Assembly (NCBI GenBank): GCA_030141605.1
Contig: JAQGDQ010001095.1
Span: forward strand, 1-63,310
Direction: 5' to 3'
DNA: 63,310 nucleotides
Origin: Tubiluchus corallicola
Taxonomy: Eukaryota; Animalia; Priapulida
Positions 1 to 13,382 of this stretch are shown in pieces; positions within the stretch are counted from its first letter, which is position 1; every line of letters begins with the position of its first letter. Under the pieces are notes generated by a model. That model did no database searches, had not been told where the DNA came from, and worked only from the letters and a program-made list of their open reading frames with translations. The position numbers and the translations under genes were made by a program.

Positions 1-1033
1 GCAGAATTTTTTAGTATTTACCTGTGATTTTAAATGAAGCCAGTTCACTGATCTTTCACAAATCATCAATATCCAAATGAGTAATTCTTCCTTGAGATAA
101 TTTTTATTATACTTATTTTCACATCACTTTGTTATCTATAAGAGTTTTAGTGTCACTAGCCTTGTTGTTTTGAAGGTCTCGTGGGGATACCACACTTACA
201 CAGTAATGCTTCCAGAAAGTATCCACTAAAAAACCACAACTCAAATGTTTGTGTTCACCCCTTTTCTTAGCTTACAATCTCATTACTTTAATTTATATTT
301 TCATTTTCGCAATTCATTTTTAATTCTCTCTAGTGCAACAAGCTTTTGTTGTCTTACTTCCTGATCCTGCAAAGGGTCTCTAAGCCTCTGACTTGGGTTG
401 GCTAATGTATTTTACTTTCCCCTTTGTGCTTCACTTTCAATGCATGTTTTGAACAAATCTAGCAATATCCAGAATAACTGGCTCGAGTCGCTGAGGGTTG
501 ATGTGAGCAACTCAACAGAGCAAAACTGTTCATAGAACAACAGAGGACTTTATTAGCCCATTTGCTCATCCTGATCCTGTAAATACAAACAAATACAGCA
601 AGACGTAGCGGAATAGCATTAATGCAAACATGTCACCTGTAAATTAAAAAAACATTTCAATATCCACAATAATTCACTGATCTTGTTTATCATTGGCCAA
701 TTTCATGTAGTCTCAATTCTTTCTTACTTGTTGTTTTTTTATGCCTCCTCCCATTCCTGTCCTATTTTTAGGGCAAACCATCCTGGGTTACAAAGTTCAG
801 CCCTTCATGTTGAGTCATCATTTGACGGCATAATGATGTTTAAGAATGTATTGATATGAGTTCACAATGATTGATGTACTGAATAGATTGTGGCTAATCC
901 ATGTTGTTGGTACCAAATTACGCTGGATAATGGAAAGGATGGTGATAATTGCGGAAACATCTTTGACTGTGATGACATAATAATATTGACCAGCTCGTGA
1001 TGATAATGATGATAAGTAACATTTTCATTTCAG

Positions 1034-4000
1034 CATTTGCTTTCTCTGTTCATACGCCAGAAAGCAGAAATGGAAGCTGGCGTGATATTATGAAATTTAC
1101 AAAGATCCGAGTAAATTATGGAAATGTTTACTCATCGTCCACGGGTATGTGATTTGCTATAAGCTAACAATGCGTCTCAACAAGAAAATAATATAATATT
1201 TGCTTCTATCATCATAACATCTAAACATTGTTGAAATTTTCTGGCTGACATTTCATTCCACACAACATTAGCGTCCTAGTAGGATTTATTGGAAAATCCC
1301 ACAGGAAAAACCCACCTCACATTCCTTGCTATAATTGTGTAGAATTCTCATAATCTGTTGTATTGATTATCATTACTCCCCATTTTCAGTCTTAAAAAAG
1401 GTTTAATTGAAAAGTAACAAAGTTACAAGGAAACCGCGTCTCAGATGTGGGTGCACTGATCCTCCCTAGAACATTGTTACTTTCATATAATTGCAAAATA
1501 ACGTTATACTTAATGAAAGCAGACAGAATACAAAACAACTACTTGTATTTTCGGCATGATAAGATTTCTCTAGCATTTTTATTATCGTTCTAGACGTGTT
1601 TCAGCCTACTAAGAGCTTCATCAGGGTTTTGATTTGAGAACGCTGTAAATTAACAGAACATACGTGCTTGCATGTGTATATGTGAGGGTGTGTGTATGTG
1701 TATGTGTGTGTTTGATGCGTGCGTGCATGTGGAGCCCTAACTGTAAATCATGGCACCCCATTCCATTGACTTACTATGTTTCAAATATAGACAGCATGAT
1801 TGATCTTAGATCAACATATTTGAATCTTAGGATTTTTATAAAACAACGATTTTAAATTTCCAAATGTTAAAGCTTTTAAATTGTTTCATAAACTGAAATG
1901 ATATCAATATGACAAACTTATTTATTTTGACTGTTTTATTGTCATAATGCTGGTTATAAAAATATGCTTTTTCACCATGGTTGTGTTTAGATAGGCCTTC
2001 GCGTTAATTTGATATGCAAAATATTTAGAAGTTATTTAGTCTAGGTGCTCCAAAGGGACATAATCCGCCTCTAGCTACGCCCTATATTAGCATACCAGGA
2101 ACTTTTTTGGAAGACAACCCTTCAGTTTACAATCAGAGAACTGCTTGAATTCATATAATTATTTACGGGAGACAATCGTAATCCCTGTATATCAACGTAT
2201 GAAAACGATTTGTTATCAGATTCATGTTATTTGTTTTGCTTAATTTGCTTTCTTTCATGGTCCTATTTTTAGCATCAGAACAAGGTTTTGTGAACCTTGT
2301 AAACTGGAGTGACTTTGACCACTGACCAGCATTAAGTTCAGTCAAACACAGCAAGGTGTTAAAGTTATTTTTTTCAAGTTAATGTTGTTACTGATCATGG
2401 GGTGCTAAGTGACATTTGCATTTGAACTTTACAAACGAAATTATGAAAGATGCTGATTTTTATCAATGATGCAGATTAGTCTTGCAAAAATTTTTGTTCT
2501 CGGTACAAATTAAGATGGCCTTACAAATACAATACTTACTACTTTTTCCATCTGTTGCACCGTTTTGCATCACAGAAGCTAATACTTATGTTGAATGAAT
2601 TTTATGCTGGATTTGTTAGGAAAAATCGTGAAATTCCCTGTGCGTTTGACAAGAACACTAGCGTTCGTATTTTACAGAGAAACTACCTAACCGTACGGCG
2701 TTATAACCGTAGCATTAAAACTGCATTGACTGGCTAAAGGCTAGTTCACACTTTACCATTGCAGTTGATGTCACAGTTGCCTGTCTATTGATGATTCATA
2801 CTGATAAACCATTACGAAATGCAGATCGTGTGATTTGCTTAACAGATAATGGATGATCTAATTACATTTATTACATTTATTTTTACATACTCTACAGAAA
2901 AAGCTGAAACATACTTTGTAGGTAGTTTTCTAAGTCGATTCGCTGTTATAAAAAACACTGTTGTTACGTGAAATACGACGATTGACTTTAACTTAGTTAA
3001 ACAAGAAAATGAGATTATTTTCAACTTTTAATTTCGAATTCCGTAATCGTTTCACATAATTGTTTTTCTCTAAGACTTAGTTTTTTGGTCTGTTTTGCAT
3101 TTTAGTCTCTGCGGGTGGTGATTCTTACTTCCTCCCAATCAAAGAGGATACTTCTTTGTCAGGATTGAGGGGGCATGTACGATCATTGATCTTAGTGCTG
3201 GAGTAGGCTAATGAAAAAATTAAAATTGAATTTAAAAAAATGAAATTAAATATGGTTAAGCGTAAATGCTGACAAGGGAATGCAGCAAACCTCTCAGGTG
3301 TGCATGTGAATGTGCCTTTAACTAGAACAAATTGAAATTCTGACTGTGTAGTAGTAAAAACAACTAATCACGTGCACAAAGGGAGCTTCTGAAAAGGGAA
3401 GGTGTACTGTAGATCCTTGTCAGTGGTCAGTGGCGTTCTCTTATCCAGCTCTGTTTACACTCACAGGCTTTGCAACAAACGAGCCACCTGTGTCATTTTT
3501 TCCATTGTTGTCATTTCGGTAAGCTGTGTATGCAATGTGCTTAATAATAAATCGATAATTCAATTTAATTCAATTATATGAATCATAATATTGTTTCAGC
3601 TTAAACATTTGTTAGCTTGAGCATAAACCTGCAACGCAACTCTGTTAGGGCTGCAGTATCATCCTCCTTGCTTCTGTTGTAAATAGACAGCAGTTCAGTA
3701 TTTTGATTTTTAAATGCATTTTTTCTTCAGCACTAAGATTTTATGTACTATAGTACATGGTATGAATAAATTTTACATTACGCTACACAACAAAAGATCA
3801 AAGATCACATATGTGCACCTTTGGGTTAACTTTTAGATGCTTTTTTGATTAAATTTATGCATTAGATAAAGACATAAACGTTAATTTGGTTTTTTACTTT
3901 ACAGGAAAATTCAAGGCGCCTATTGTGGCCGTTCTTAAACATAATGGAAATGATGTTGCACGTCTCTGGCATCCAGGTAAGCTTGTTTAGTAAACTATTT

Positions 4001-7000
4001 GCAATGAAGCATCGTGTCTACACCCATACTAACAAGTTCATTACTCAAGAGTTTTAACTAAACAATTTTTTACATAAACTAATTTTCTATAATAATGTCA
4101 TATTCATTAAATTTCATTTGTTCATTTGTTCATTCATTCACAAGTTGGTGACTGTCCATCCCCTTTGTCGATTACTTATTGATTGTTTAAAGCTCACTCA
4201 CCTTATTTGCAATTCTAGTTTAATTATTCATTAACATAATTACGTTTTCTTCATTTTAATTCGTTTGGTAATGATAATTTGTAAAAGAAGTATTGTTATA
4301 CTTGATCAAAAATGCATAAGTGAAACACATTAAATAGATATAAATACTGTTCTGTTGTCGATACTAGCCACCAGGGTAGTTTTAATAGCTCCTGGATGGT
4401 TTGAACCAGAGCTATCGGTGGGCGAGACGCCATGGTTTGAGTACCTCATCCTGAAACGAGATTAGTGAACCAAATGCCTGGGAGTCATTAATTAGCATTG
4501 ATTAAGTGGCATAAGCCCCGCCCATAATCTTGACTAATTTAGTGATTTTTTAAAATGAAAATGTTAATGTAAGAAAAAACTTTTGTAATGGAAATGAACA
4601 AGCTGGCTAAACACAAAACATAAAAAAGGAATCAACCCTTGAGGGGTTACTTCACAATGGCACCCAAACAGTGAGGAGACATAATAATGAAGGGATCAGG
4701 CTTGTCCTGTTTGGCACTCAAACTAATACCAGTAACCACTGAACTCACGGAATAAGAATGCGGCACTTGTTTTTATAGATTTTGCACAGGTGAAATAGGT
4801 AAGTATTTAAATTTCAGTCAGTCGGAAAGTAGGATTCGTGAATTTCGTTCAGGTAAGATGATTGAATTTCGATTTATAGATGTTTTTATTTTGAAGAGCC
4901 TTTAAAATAACATTCACGTAACATGTTCTGTGTCCTTTAATGAACGAAAGTTTAAACACATAACAGGGCAAAAGCTCCGCCCCCCAACACCATCCCCTCC
5001 CTTTGAAATCAAAGCCCTCCCCCTTTGAATGGAGTTAACATAATAAAGCAAAGCTGAATAATGCCTTCCACAACGTGACCCCAAGAGTTTCAAATGAAAC
5101 ACAAAAGGAAGATAACAGTTTTTGTTGCATAATTTCAAATATCATTAGTCTGTGCTCGAGGCTAATTTTACTAAAATTAAATTTAATTCGTTTAAATTTT
5201 ACTTTATTGGCAGGTTTTATTGGTGCACCTTTAATTACGATTTTGCAAACCTAAAGTGCTGTAAAAAGAGATTTATGTATTTATTTATGGAGCAAGAGCA
5301 TTTTAAGTTAATACAGAAAAATACGGGCTGCAACCAGTCCCATCTCTTGGTTGGTGGTTAACACCAGGCTTAATTGTTCAGTATTAGGCAACAGCTAGCG
5401 ATTCCAGTGGTACAACTAAATGGCAAGACTTCAGTGGAATGTTTGCCAGCATGCAAGTTTCAATTTCCAACTGTGTAAGACTATCGTTCAGCAGAGGATA
5501 AAATGTCTGCCACAAGTCAGGTTGCCAAAAGCAGGTTTCTTCACTGAAACTTCTCGTTATGTTTCTGCAAAATTTTATACTCAGAATTTCTAATGCAATA
5601 AAATAGCAGGTACATTCTACAGGTGTAAGCTAAATTACAAGTAAAAAGCGTACTGAAATAAAAAGCCAAGCCCAAAATTTACATTTGAAAAGTGGGCAGA
5701 GGTCAGTAAGTTAGGCTTGTATTTAAACACTTGACACTGAAAGAATGAACTATTACAGGCAAACTGTTCAAGTTATTCATTCCACACAGTATTGATATTA
5801 AATTTTTACCAACTACAAGGAAAAGAAATAAAGGAAGAGATTGTTAGGTTACAGCCACAGAATAATTAAGAAAAATCAATTAATCGATAAAATAACCATA
5901 CAGACTAAAGAAGAACAAGGGAGTGAGCAGAGCACGGTACCTGTACAATAAACATCATCATCATTCTGTGTTTATCATTATTTCAAGGATTAAATGCAAA
6001 TTACTTCATTTGTCAAAACTTAAAAAAAGATAATTAGCAATACAGAAGGCGTTGCACCACTGAGCTAATGCTCAATGCTGTGATGAAATGCTGGCATGTA
6101 CACATTATAAATTGACCAATTAACAATTATTAAGAAAGTGCGATTATGCAAAAACAAATAAGAAATCATTTTAATACAAAAACCGACCTGTAGGAAAAAA
6201 TGAAGTTTTCGCGAATTTTGCTCTTCGCTGGAGAACTGCAAATTGAAGCAGGTCTGGAAAATCAAGCTTGTGAGCAGCATCATGAAAATTTACAAATATT
6301 TAACTTAGAGCTACGAAGAAGTATCACTGAAGTCATTCGTGCTACTAGGTAATGACTCTTGTTCGTTAGAACAGACAAAACCATGGTAAATTAATGTTTT
6401 TTAAATGATATTACACAGCTGAAGTAATTTCACTGAGTAAAAACTGCTGTCAACAGGAATCGAAGGAGGAATGCCGTTTAAGGTGGTAAGTACGTTTTCC
6501 GGTAAGGTCATAGTAACGGAAGTTACCAAGTTGAGAAGGAGGTTGCCGAGAATGTTTAGGGCAAGCTTTTGGTAAGTCAAAAGCTTCAGCTGCAGTTTCG
6601 CAAGGAGATGACAGGCAAAATGATTCATTGGGGTTGTCATTGGTTGAAATATCAGGTAGGTCAATGCAGGTAAAACTGATTGCTCAGGTAACATTGTCTG
6701 CTGATTTCTCTCAAATTTGTCACCCCAGGCAGGAGATGGCAGAGACTTTTGCAAATTTGTAATAGGCTCCCTCATCTTCAAGTTAACTCTTGCAGGGCCA
6801 ATTTATTTTAGCCATTTTTAGGCAAGAGGAGAACTTTGGGCTACCTGGCAGCCTACCTACCAATCAAATATCATTTGCGTTGTTTATTTCCTGGGATCCA
6901 GGCGGAAATTGAAGTAAAGTGCTGCTGTTAGATATTCAGTGTGTTGTACTAAAACTAAGCAAATTTTAAGATAAAAATTCGAAATTTAAATTTACCGCTG

Positions 7001-7776
7001 TGCTCACGCATGAGCTGTCGAACATATCTAGCATATAACAAAATACCTGTGTGGTAATAATTCTTTCTCGTAAGTCATTTTTGGAAAAAATAGTAAGCCT
7101 TCTTTCAATATTCTAAAAAGCAAATTATTTTGACCTACAGTTTAAGATTGAGTTTGGTTTTGCTTTTAGTGTCGATAGTCGTAGGAAGTCACATCATTTA
7201 GGAATGGACATCTTAGGTCGCAGAACAAGCAGTGTGAGGACAGGAGGGAAGACTATGTGGAATTTTCAGATTCGGAATTAGAATTGATCAAGTTAAACAA
7301 AAAATAATCAAATTACTTAAAATCAGTCTCTCTAGGTTGAGTGCTTTAACTTTAGAAGTACTAGTCTCGTTAGTCAGCTATACTAGATAACCATGATCAC
7401 CAGGAAATGTGGTGCTGAGCGTTTGCCTTGCAAGCAAAAGAGTGCTAGTTCAAATCCCTGCTGCATATAACTTTTTTGTATTTCCTATTTTTCAAGTTTG
7501 GTATCTAAATTTTATAAATTTTGGGTTTGCAAAGTAAAAAATAATCCTAACATTAAGATTAACTGGTGTATTCCTGTGAATATTATTCTCTCTCTGTACA
7601 ACAGTTGTACTTAAAAATAATATTATTTCTTTGCAGGTGATGATGAATATATTACGATATCAGACTCTGACATTCGTCCTCTAGAAACGGGTGACAAAGT
7701 CTTTGTCGCATATAGTGATGGTGCCACCATTTACAATTCTCCTGTCAGCAAATTCCATGGTTATCTGATTGACTAG
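1034..7776 (+). CDS. C1q-domain-containing protein, last three exons (1034-1144, 3905-3976, 7637-7776); 5' exons not identified
   Basis: Spliced translation AFAFSVHTPESRNGSWRDIMKFTKIRVNYGNVYSSSTG-KFKAPIVAVLKHNGNDVARLWHPG-DDEYITISDSDIRPLETGDKVFVAYSDGATIYNSPVSKFHGYLID*. gC1q motifs AFSV, N.GN.Y...TG.F.AP, L..GD.V.V and F.GYL are present; phase-1 GT-AG introns. Confidence 0.85.
1585..1642 (-). ncRNA. Minimal hammerhead ribozyme-like motif (Penelope-associated type)
   Basis: CUGAUGA-AGCU(loop)GGCU-GAAAC-AC-GUC on the minus strand; stem I is imperfect. Confidence 0.5.
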
Positions 7777-8844
7777 GGTTTTTTACCAACTTGAACTTAA
7801 TCACAAACAACATTTAGCCAACAACAACATACATTGTGATGATTCGGGTCAGAAGGGCCACAGGCACCCGAAAATCACCTTTTGACGTAGCGTGTGCTAA
7901 TTTTTAGATATGTTCATAAAATGTTCATGGAAATAAGTACTTTGTTCGTAGTTTTCCTAAATTTCCAGACATTGATTGTCGGTCTATGCAATAGCTATCC
8001 GTTTTTCTAGGTCAGCACAGCTAACGTTGTCCTATAGTACATCCCGCACAGTAATGATATGCAGTACTTGTACGTTATGTTTCAAAGCGAAATTCTTTTA
8101 CCTGGATAAATAGCAGTGTACTGTTACTAAAGCATTTAACTTCACAGATTCATAGACTAAATATTGTATGCTTTGCACATTGCAATAAAAAAGTTTTAGG
8201 CAGAGAATCCCAATAACTACGCAAGGCGTTAGCAGGAATTATTGATTTAGCCACGAATGTTGAATAGTGCATTAGGAAATTTAATTCCATTTTAAATAAA
8301 AGTTTCCAAATGTTTATTTATTGCCGTTTTAATAACTGACAGACAGCTGACCTTGAATGTGCAATTTGTGGTCATACTATGAAATGTATGAGTGGTTGAT
8401 TGCATGAACGAGACTGTGGTTTGAAGAATTTTTGATACGGACATCAATTATTGGATACATTGTGTGTTTGTGTGCCTGTCTAGGTAGTAAAAATACGTGA
8501 GATTGTTGTAACAGTGAAGTAAAAAAATGGTACGTTACACGAAAACCGGCCTTATGCAAAAAAAGCTGGAGGAGTTAAAAAATATTGTTTCTGATTTGGA
8601 CTTACAAGTCTCTCTGCAGCACACCAAAGAGATATTAGCTGAAGTTATTTTAATTGCATAGCAGCGGGATGCGAAAGACAATAGTGCAGCGGACTGTGAT
8701 TCAAGACGCATCTGCACCCTCGTCGAGCACCCCTTTGCATCCGCCCCTTTCACAACATACGCAGCAAACTGGCGCGAAGCCAAAAGTTTCTATAAACAAA
8801 CAGGCGTATTAAGGGAATTTGGGTATTAAGGAAATCTACACATT

Positions 8845-9734
8845 CCCATACTCACCACAGAGTAATGGCCTGACTGAACGTCTTAATGCTACTATCAAGT
8901 CATCTATTCTAAAGATGTTGCATCAAAATTTATCCCCTGGGATAAGATAGTGCCCTTCATTTTGTTTGCATATCGCGCAGTGCTGCAAGAATCACTTGGT
9001 TACTCCAAAATTTTTCTCGACTGGTAACCAAGAAACCAGGTCTTGGTCTTTTCTTGGATTAATTGGCTTCTACCGGCAGTTCGTTGAGAATTTCAGCAAT
9101 ATTGTGGCGCCGCTTTTCGTGCTCACTGAAAACAATGCAGCCTTGACCGTTGAATGGAATGATGCCTGCGAGCAAAGTTTTATTCAATTGCACAGTTGCC
9201 TAAGTTCCAACTCAGTGCTGCATTCGCCTGACTTTTCACTACCTTTTATTCTAACCACTGACGCCAGCTTTATGGGTATAGGAGCTGTCCTGTCACAAGT
9301 ACAAGGTGAACTGGGAGAAGTCCCGATCACGTGGGTATAGGGGCTGTCCTGTCACAAGTACAAGGTGAACTGGGAGAAGTCCCGATCACGTGGGTATTGG
9401 GGCTGTCCTGTCACAAGTACAAGGTGAACTGGGAGAAGTCCCGATCACGTATGTGAGTAGGAAACTGACGGCATGTGAGCAGAATTATTCGGCTGTGGAG
9501 AGGGAATGTTTATCGATTGTGAATGCTGTTGAGAAACTGAGATATTTCCTTGAAGGTGGATGATTTACGATAAGGACTGACCAACATGGACTTCCTGCCC
9601 TACCGCGAATTAAGAAAAATAATTGTCGCCTGTGCAGGTGGAATTTGATTTTGTCAGAATTTAGTTATACCATAGAAGGCATTAGTGGCAATGAAAATAC
9701 CGTAGCTGACGCCTTGTCACGATTAGATGTCTAG
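8845..9734 (+). mobile_element. Degenerate Gypsy LTR retrotransposon pol relic, Gmr1-like order (integrase before RT connection/RNase H)
   Basis: Integrase motifs PYSPQSNGLTERLNATIK and WDKIVPFILFAYR...ESLGYSP precede SFLGLIGFYRQF, TDASFMGIGAVLSQ, YSAVERECL and NTVADALSRLDV*. RT core is deleted; frameshifts and stops present. Confidence 0.85.
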
Positions 9735-11883
9735 GTGTAAAATAACCATTTTTGATTGATATGAGAGAATTAAGGGTATATTTAGTTTATCATATTTTAT
9801 TGTTTTTGACATAGTTTCCATATTTTTGGAAAGAGAATTCAATGTGTTATTGTCAAAGTTAAATTACATCTTGCACTAAGATTTTATTAGTGTATAAACT
9901 ATGCCAGCTGCATCACTGTGTTATTGTTTAACACTAGGAGTAATCTTCATTAGGCAATAGGCCCAATTAGAAATTAAGAGATAATTGACTATACTACAGT
10001 GGTGCTGCAATGACTGTATATTAAAAGCCAGATGCAAGTACTTGTTTAAAAGATTTAGGTGCATCCATTGCCTCCACGGAACAGTGAACTGCTTTTTCTG
10101 TGTTTTGCTGTTTGTTGCTATTTTATAAGTTAACTTATATAATAGTGTAGGGTTTTCGGTAAATTTTGTGGAGGTCTATTATTGGTCATAAGATGCTTAA
10201 TCGTTTTTTGTACAGTTTGTAAAATATATTGTCATATCAGTCCTAATACCCTCATACTAAATTATGTTGTTGTTACATGTCCTGTATTTAGTGTAAAAAG
10301 TGATAAATAAATGACTTACTTACTTACTTACTTACTTACTAAAATGATAATATCAGCTTGAGTTCTAACCTTCCTTGCCCCAAATTCATTAACAGCAAAG
10401 TTAAGTATGTTCAGCATTCGCAAAAACATGGACATAGAACTTAAGACTTGGCAATAAAACAGGAATAAGTGATTGTTGGTCTCTATTATTCTCACAGCCC
10501 ATTTTTCTTCCAATGACGTTATTCTTCTTGAAGAAAAGTAGAGCACTGTTAATCTTTACCAAAAGTATATTTCTTTACAAAAGAATTAGAAAGCTGGTTT
10601 TGTAACTTCTTTTCGTGAACATTGTTACAAATTACAGGTGAAAGATAACATTGTTTGTATCTGTACAACAAGAGATATTTAAATTCATTTTCTTAGATAT
10701 GACATGTAGGCATTTAAATGTATAGCACAACATAATAACCAAAATTAATTACAGGTATGTCATGTACCTATAGTCAGGAAATTTCTTACCTGATTGTGAT
10801 GTGCTTTATTTATTTATTATAAGCATAATGCAGCACAAAATGATTATTATACTGACTATTATACAGTACATAATCATCATAATATACAGTACAAAAATAG
10901 GCACATTTCAGCACAAAAAGCACAATTTTGATTTTTATTCAACATAACATACTGCCATATAACCAGAAAACTGTGCAAAAATAATAATAATATTGACTGC
11001 TATACTGCACACAATTAATTATCATACAAACATAATACAGCAGAAAAATAAGCATAATTGCAAAACTACAAAACAAACCGTGAAAGACAAACCTGTCGAA
11101 ATACACAGCTCAACATTTTAAACTTCAATAAGCGACATGACTGAGTTGTTGATTGCATTATTAATTATTAATGAAACTAACATTCTGAAAAGGCTGTATG
11201 TGACGGTGTAATATTTTTTTGCTGTGTGACTGGTTACGATAAAAAACATGGAGAACATTTTTAATGTCTAATAAAATTTGCAAATTGTAATAATAAGAAC
11301 AATAGATAATAAGAAAATATTTTAGATACACGTTTAAGCGAAAGGCATTCAACGCATTTTTGTTGAAAATTTTGTACAAAACACATAAATCGCCTGCAGG
11401 ACAAAAATTATGGTAAAAAGGGGTCATTATTGAGGTTTACGATAGTTGAGTTGATCATAATAATTTTTAAAGAGAAGTTTTTTCAAGTGTTTTTAATTAG
11501 TTGCAATAGAAACAGTTCTGAGATTCTGACACAAGGAATTTTAATATTTTTGTGCAACAGAAGAAAATGAAACGTGGCGCAAACAAAAAGTCTCTTTTCA
11601 TTTAAAAAGGTACCAAAAGTTCACTATGGGAAGATCTACTTGCCTCTTCAATAGTTTCCCCAGAGCTACAGAGAATTAACTACAAGTTATAAAATTGATT
11701 ACAAAAGTCATCAAAGCAACGTCCTGTTGACCAACTCTCAGAACACAACAGGCTTTTTATCAGAGTCGACCATTTAACATTTTTTACCAAACAAAAGTAG
11801 TCTCGTGGAAAGTTAATCACCTCAAGTAACACCAGTTGTGACCTAGTTAGTTATTGCAGGAGTCTTGGGGTAGGAAGGCTAAA

Positions 11884-12215
11884 AATAGGCCTTAGTCTTA
11901 TGTAGAAGAACTGTAGGTTAAAACTAATTGTATCAAAACAAATCTGTTTATGAAAACTAATATACAAAAATTGGTAAACCAATAAGTACGTGGCGCCATC
12001 TATCGGCAATTTAAAGAAGAAATGTTACAGCTTATGTTATGTTATAGGTATATTTACATCATGAAGCTGTAATATTTCTTCTTTAAATTGCCGATAGCTG
12101 GCGCAACGTACTTATTGGTTTACCAATTTTTGTATATTACTTTTCATAAACAGATTTGTTTTGATACAATTAGTTTTAACTAACAGTTCTTCTGCAAACA
12201 AAACTAAGGCCTATT
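11884..12215. mobile_element. Foldback MITE (~150-bp inverted arms)
   Basis: aataggccttag...ctaaggcctatt; arms nearly perfectly complementary around a ~30-bp spacer. Confidence 0.8.
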
Positions 12216-12869
12216 CAAGAAATCTTAAGCGTTTATTGGTAAGTCAAATGTAGACACATGTCAAATCAAATATAACATTGGTATCTCAAATGTGGATAGG
12301 TGATAAAGTTTAAGGATGTTAAATTTAATCTTCTTTAATTTCAATTTAATAATTGCTCTTAAGTTTAAATAACAACGTTATAGGTTCACTAATATTCTGT
12401 AAACTTTACATACCATTGGAACTGTTAGAGAAAACAATACATTGCTAAAATAAACAATGTTTCTTGAGAGAAACTAATTCATTAATGCAGTGCTAAATGT
12501 ATTGCTGTTTGCCAGGAGGTAATTTTTAACACATTTAACAATAAGAACTCCATGCAGTGTCAAGCAGATGTTTAACATTTAGAACGGTATATTATTCGCA
12601 GTTTTACTTTTGTGATTAAAGGAACAATTCTTAAATTAGTGTAATTCGAAACATTTATATTTGTACTTACGTTCTATACGGTATGGCAGTATTATATGTA
12701 ATTATTGTCAAATGCCCTATGTCTACATTTGACTTACCTAAGTCACATTTAAGTTACCAAACACATTCGAAATTCTTATGTCTACATTTGACTTACCTAA
12801 GTCACATTTGAACTTTCCTGTGTCTACATTTGACGTGTAAAACCTACACTATTTTCGTACAAGACTTAC

Positions 12870-13382
12870 CTTGAACAGTCGCAGTATGTTGGCAACCATT
12901 ATAGGTACCTGGCTTGATGCAGCACCAATCACTCCAGCCACGGGCTTTGGTGGTCTGTACTTGGGTGTCTCACCATCCTCGCATTTAAAACCAGTCATGT
13001 CAACCGTATTAGCCGAAGTACGAATGAAGTCCATGGCTTGTTCTAATGCGTACGTATCTGTAGAACATGTGTCTTTGATTTCTACACCGATTGTAATATT
13101 AGGTAAGATATTCGGATCTCTATTGAGTTTATCAACAGCAAATAGCATAGCCTCCACGCGTTGTATACCCTTCTCTTTTTTAATGGGGCCGCAGGGGGTT
13201 CCCTCGCCGGGCAACCCCGCTTCGTGCATGGGGAACAGTCCACCAAATATAACATCTCCCTGGCTGATGATCTGTTTTGAATTCACGCTCCAGTCGTAGG
13301 TGAGATCGCGGTGGTACCTCCGACTATAAACAAGCTCGGGGCAGATCCCATGAAACCACAAAACCAGCCAAAAGAAATTCAT
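12870..13382 (-). CDS. Metabotropic glutamate receptor (class C GPCR, group II/III-like), first coding exon: signal peptide and start of Venus flytrap domain
   Basis: MNFFWLVLW... then GDVIFGGLFPMH, KKEKGIQRVEAMLFAVD, DTCSTDTYALEQ, GVIGAASS, MVANILRLFK, ending at AAG/GTAAGT. No downstream exon recognised in the window. Confidence 0.92.

Noticed and set aside
12871-13299. 142-aa plus-strand ORF
   Set aside because: Antisense shadow of the mGluR exon.
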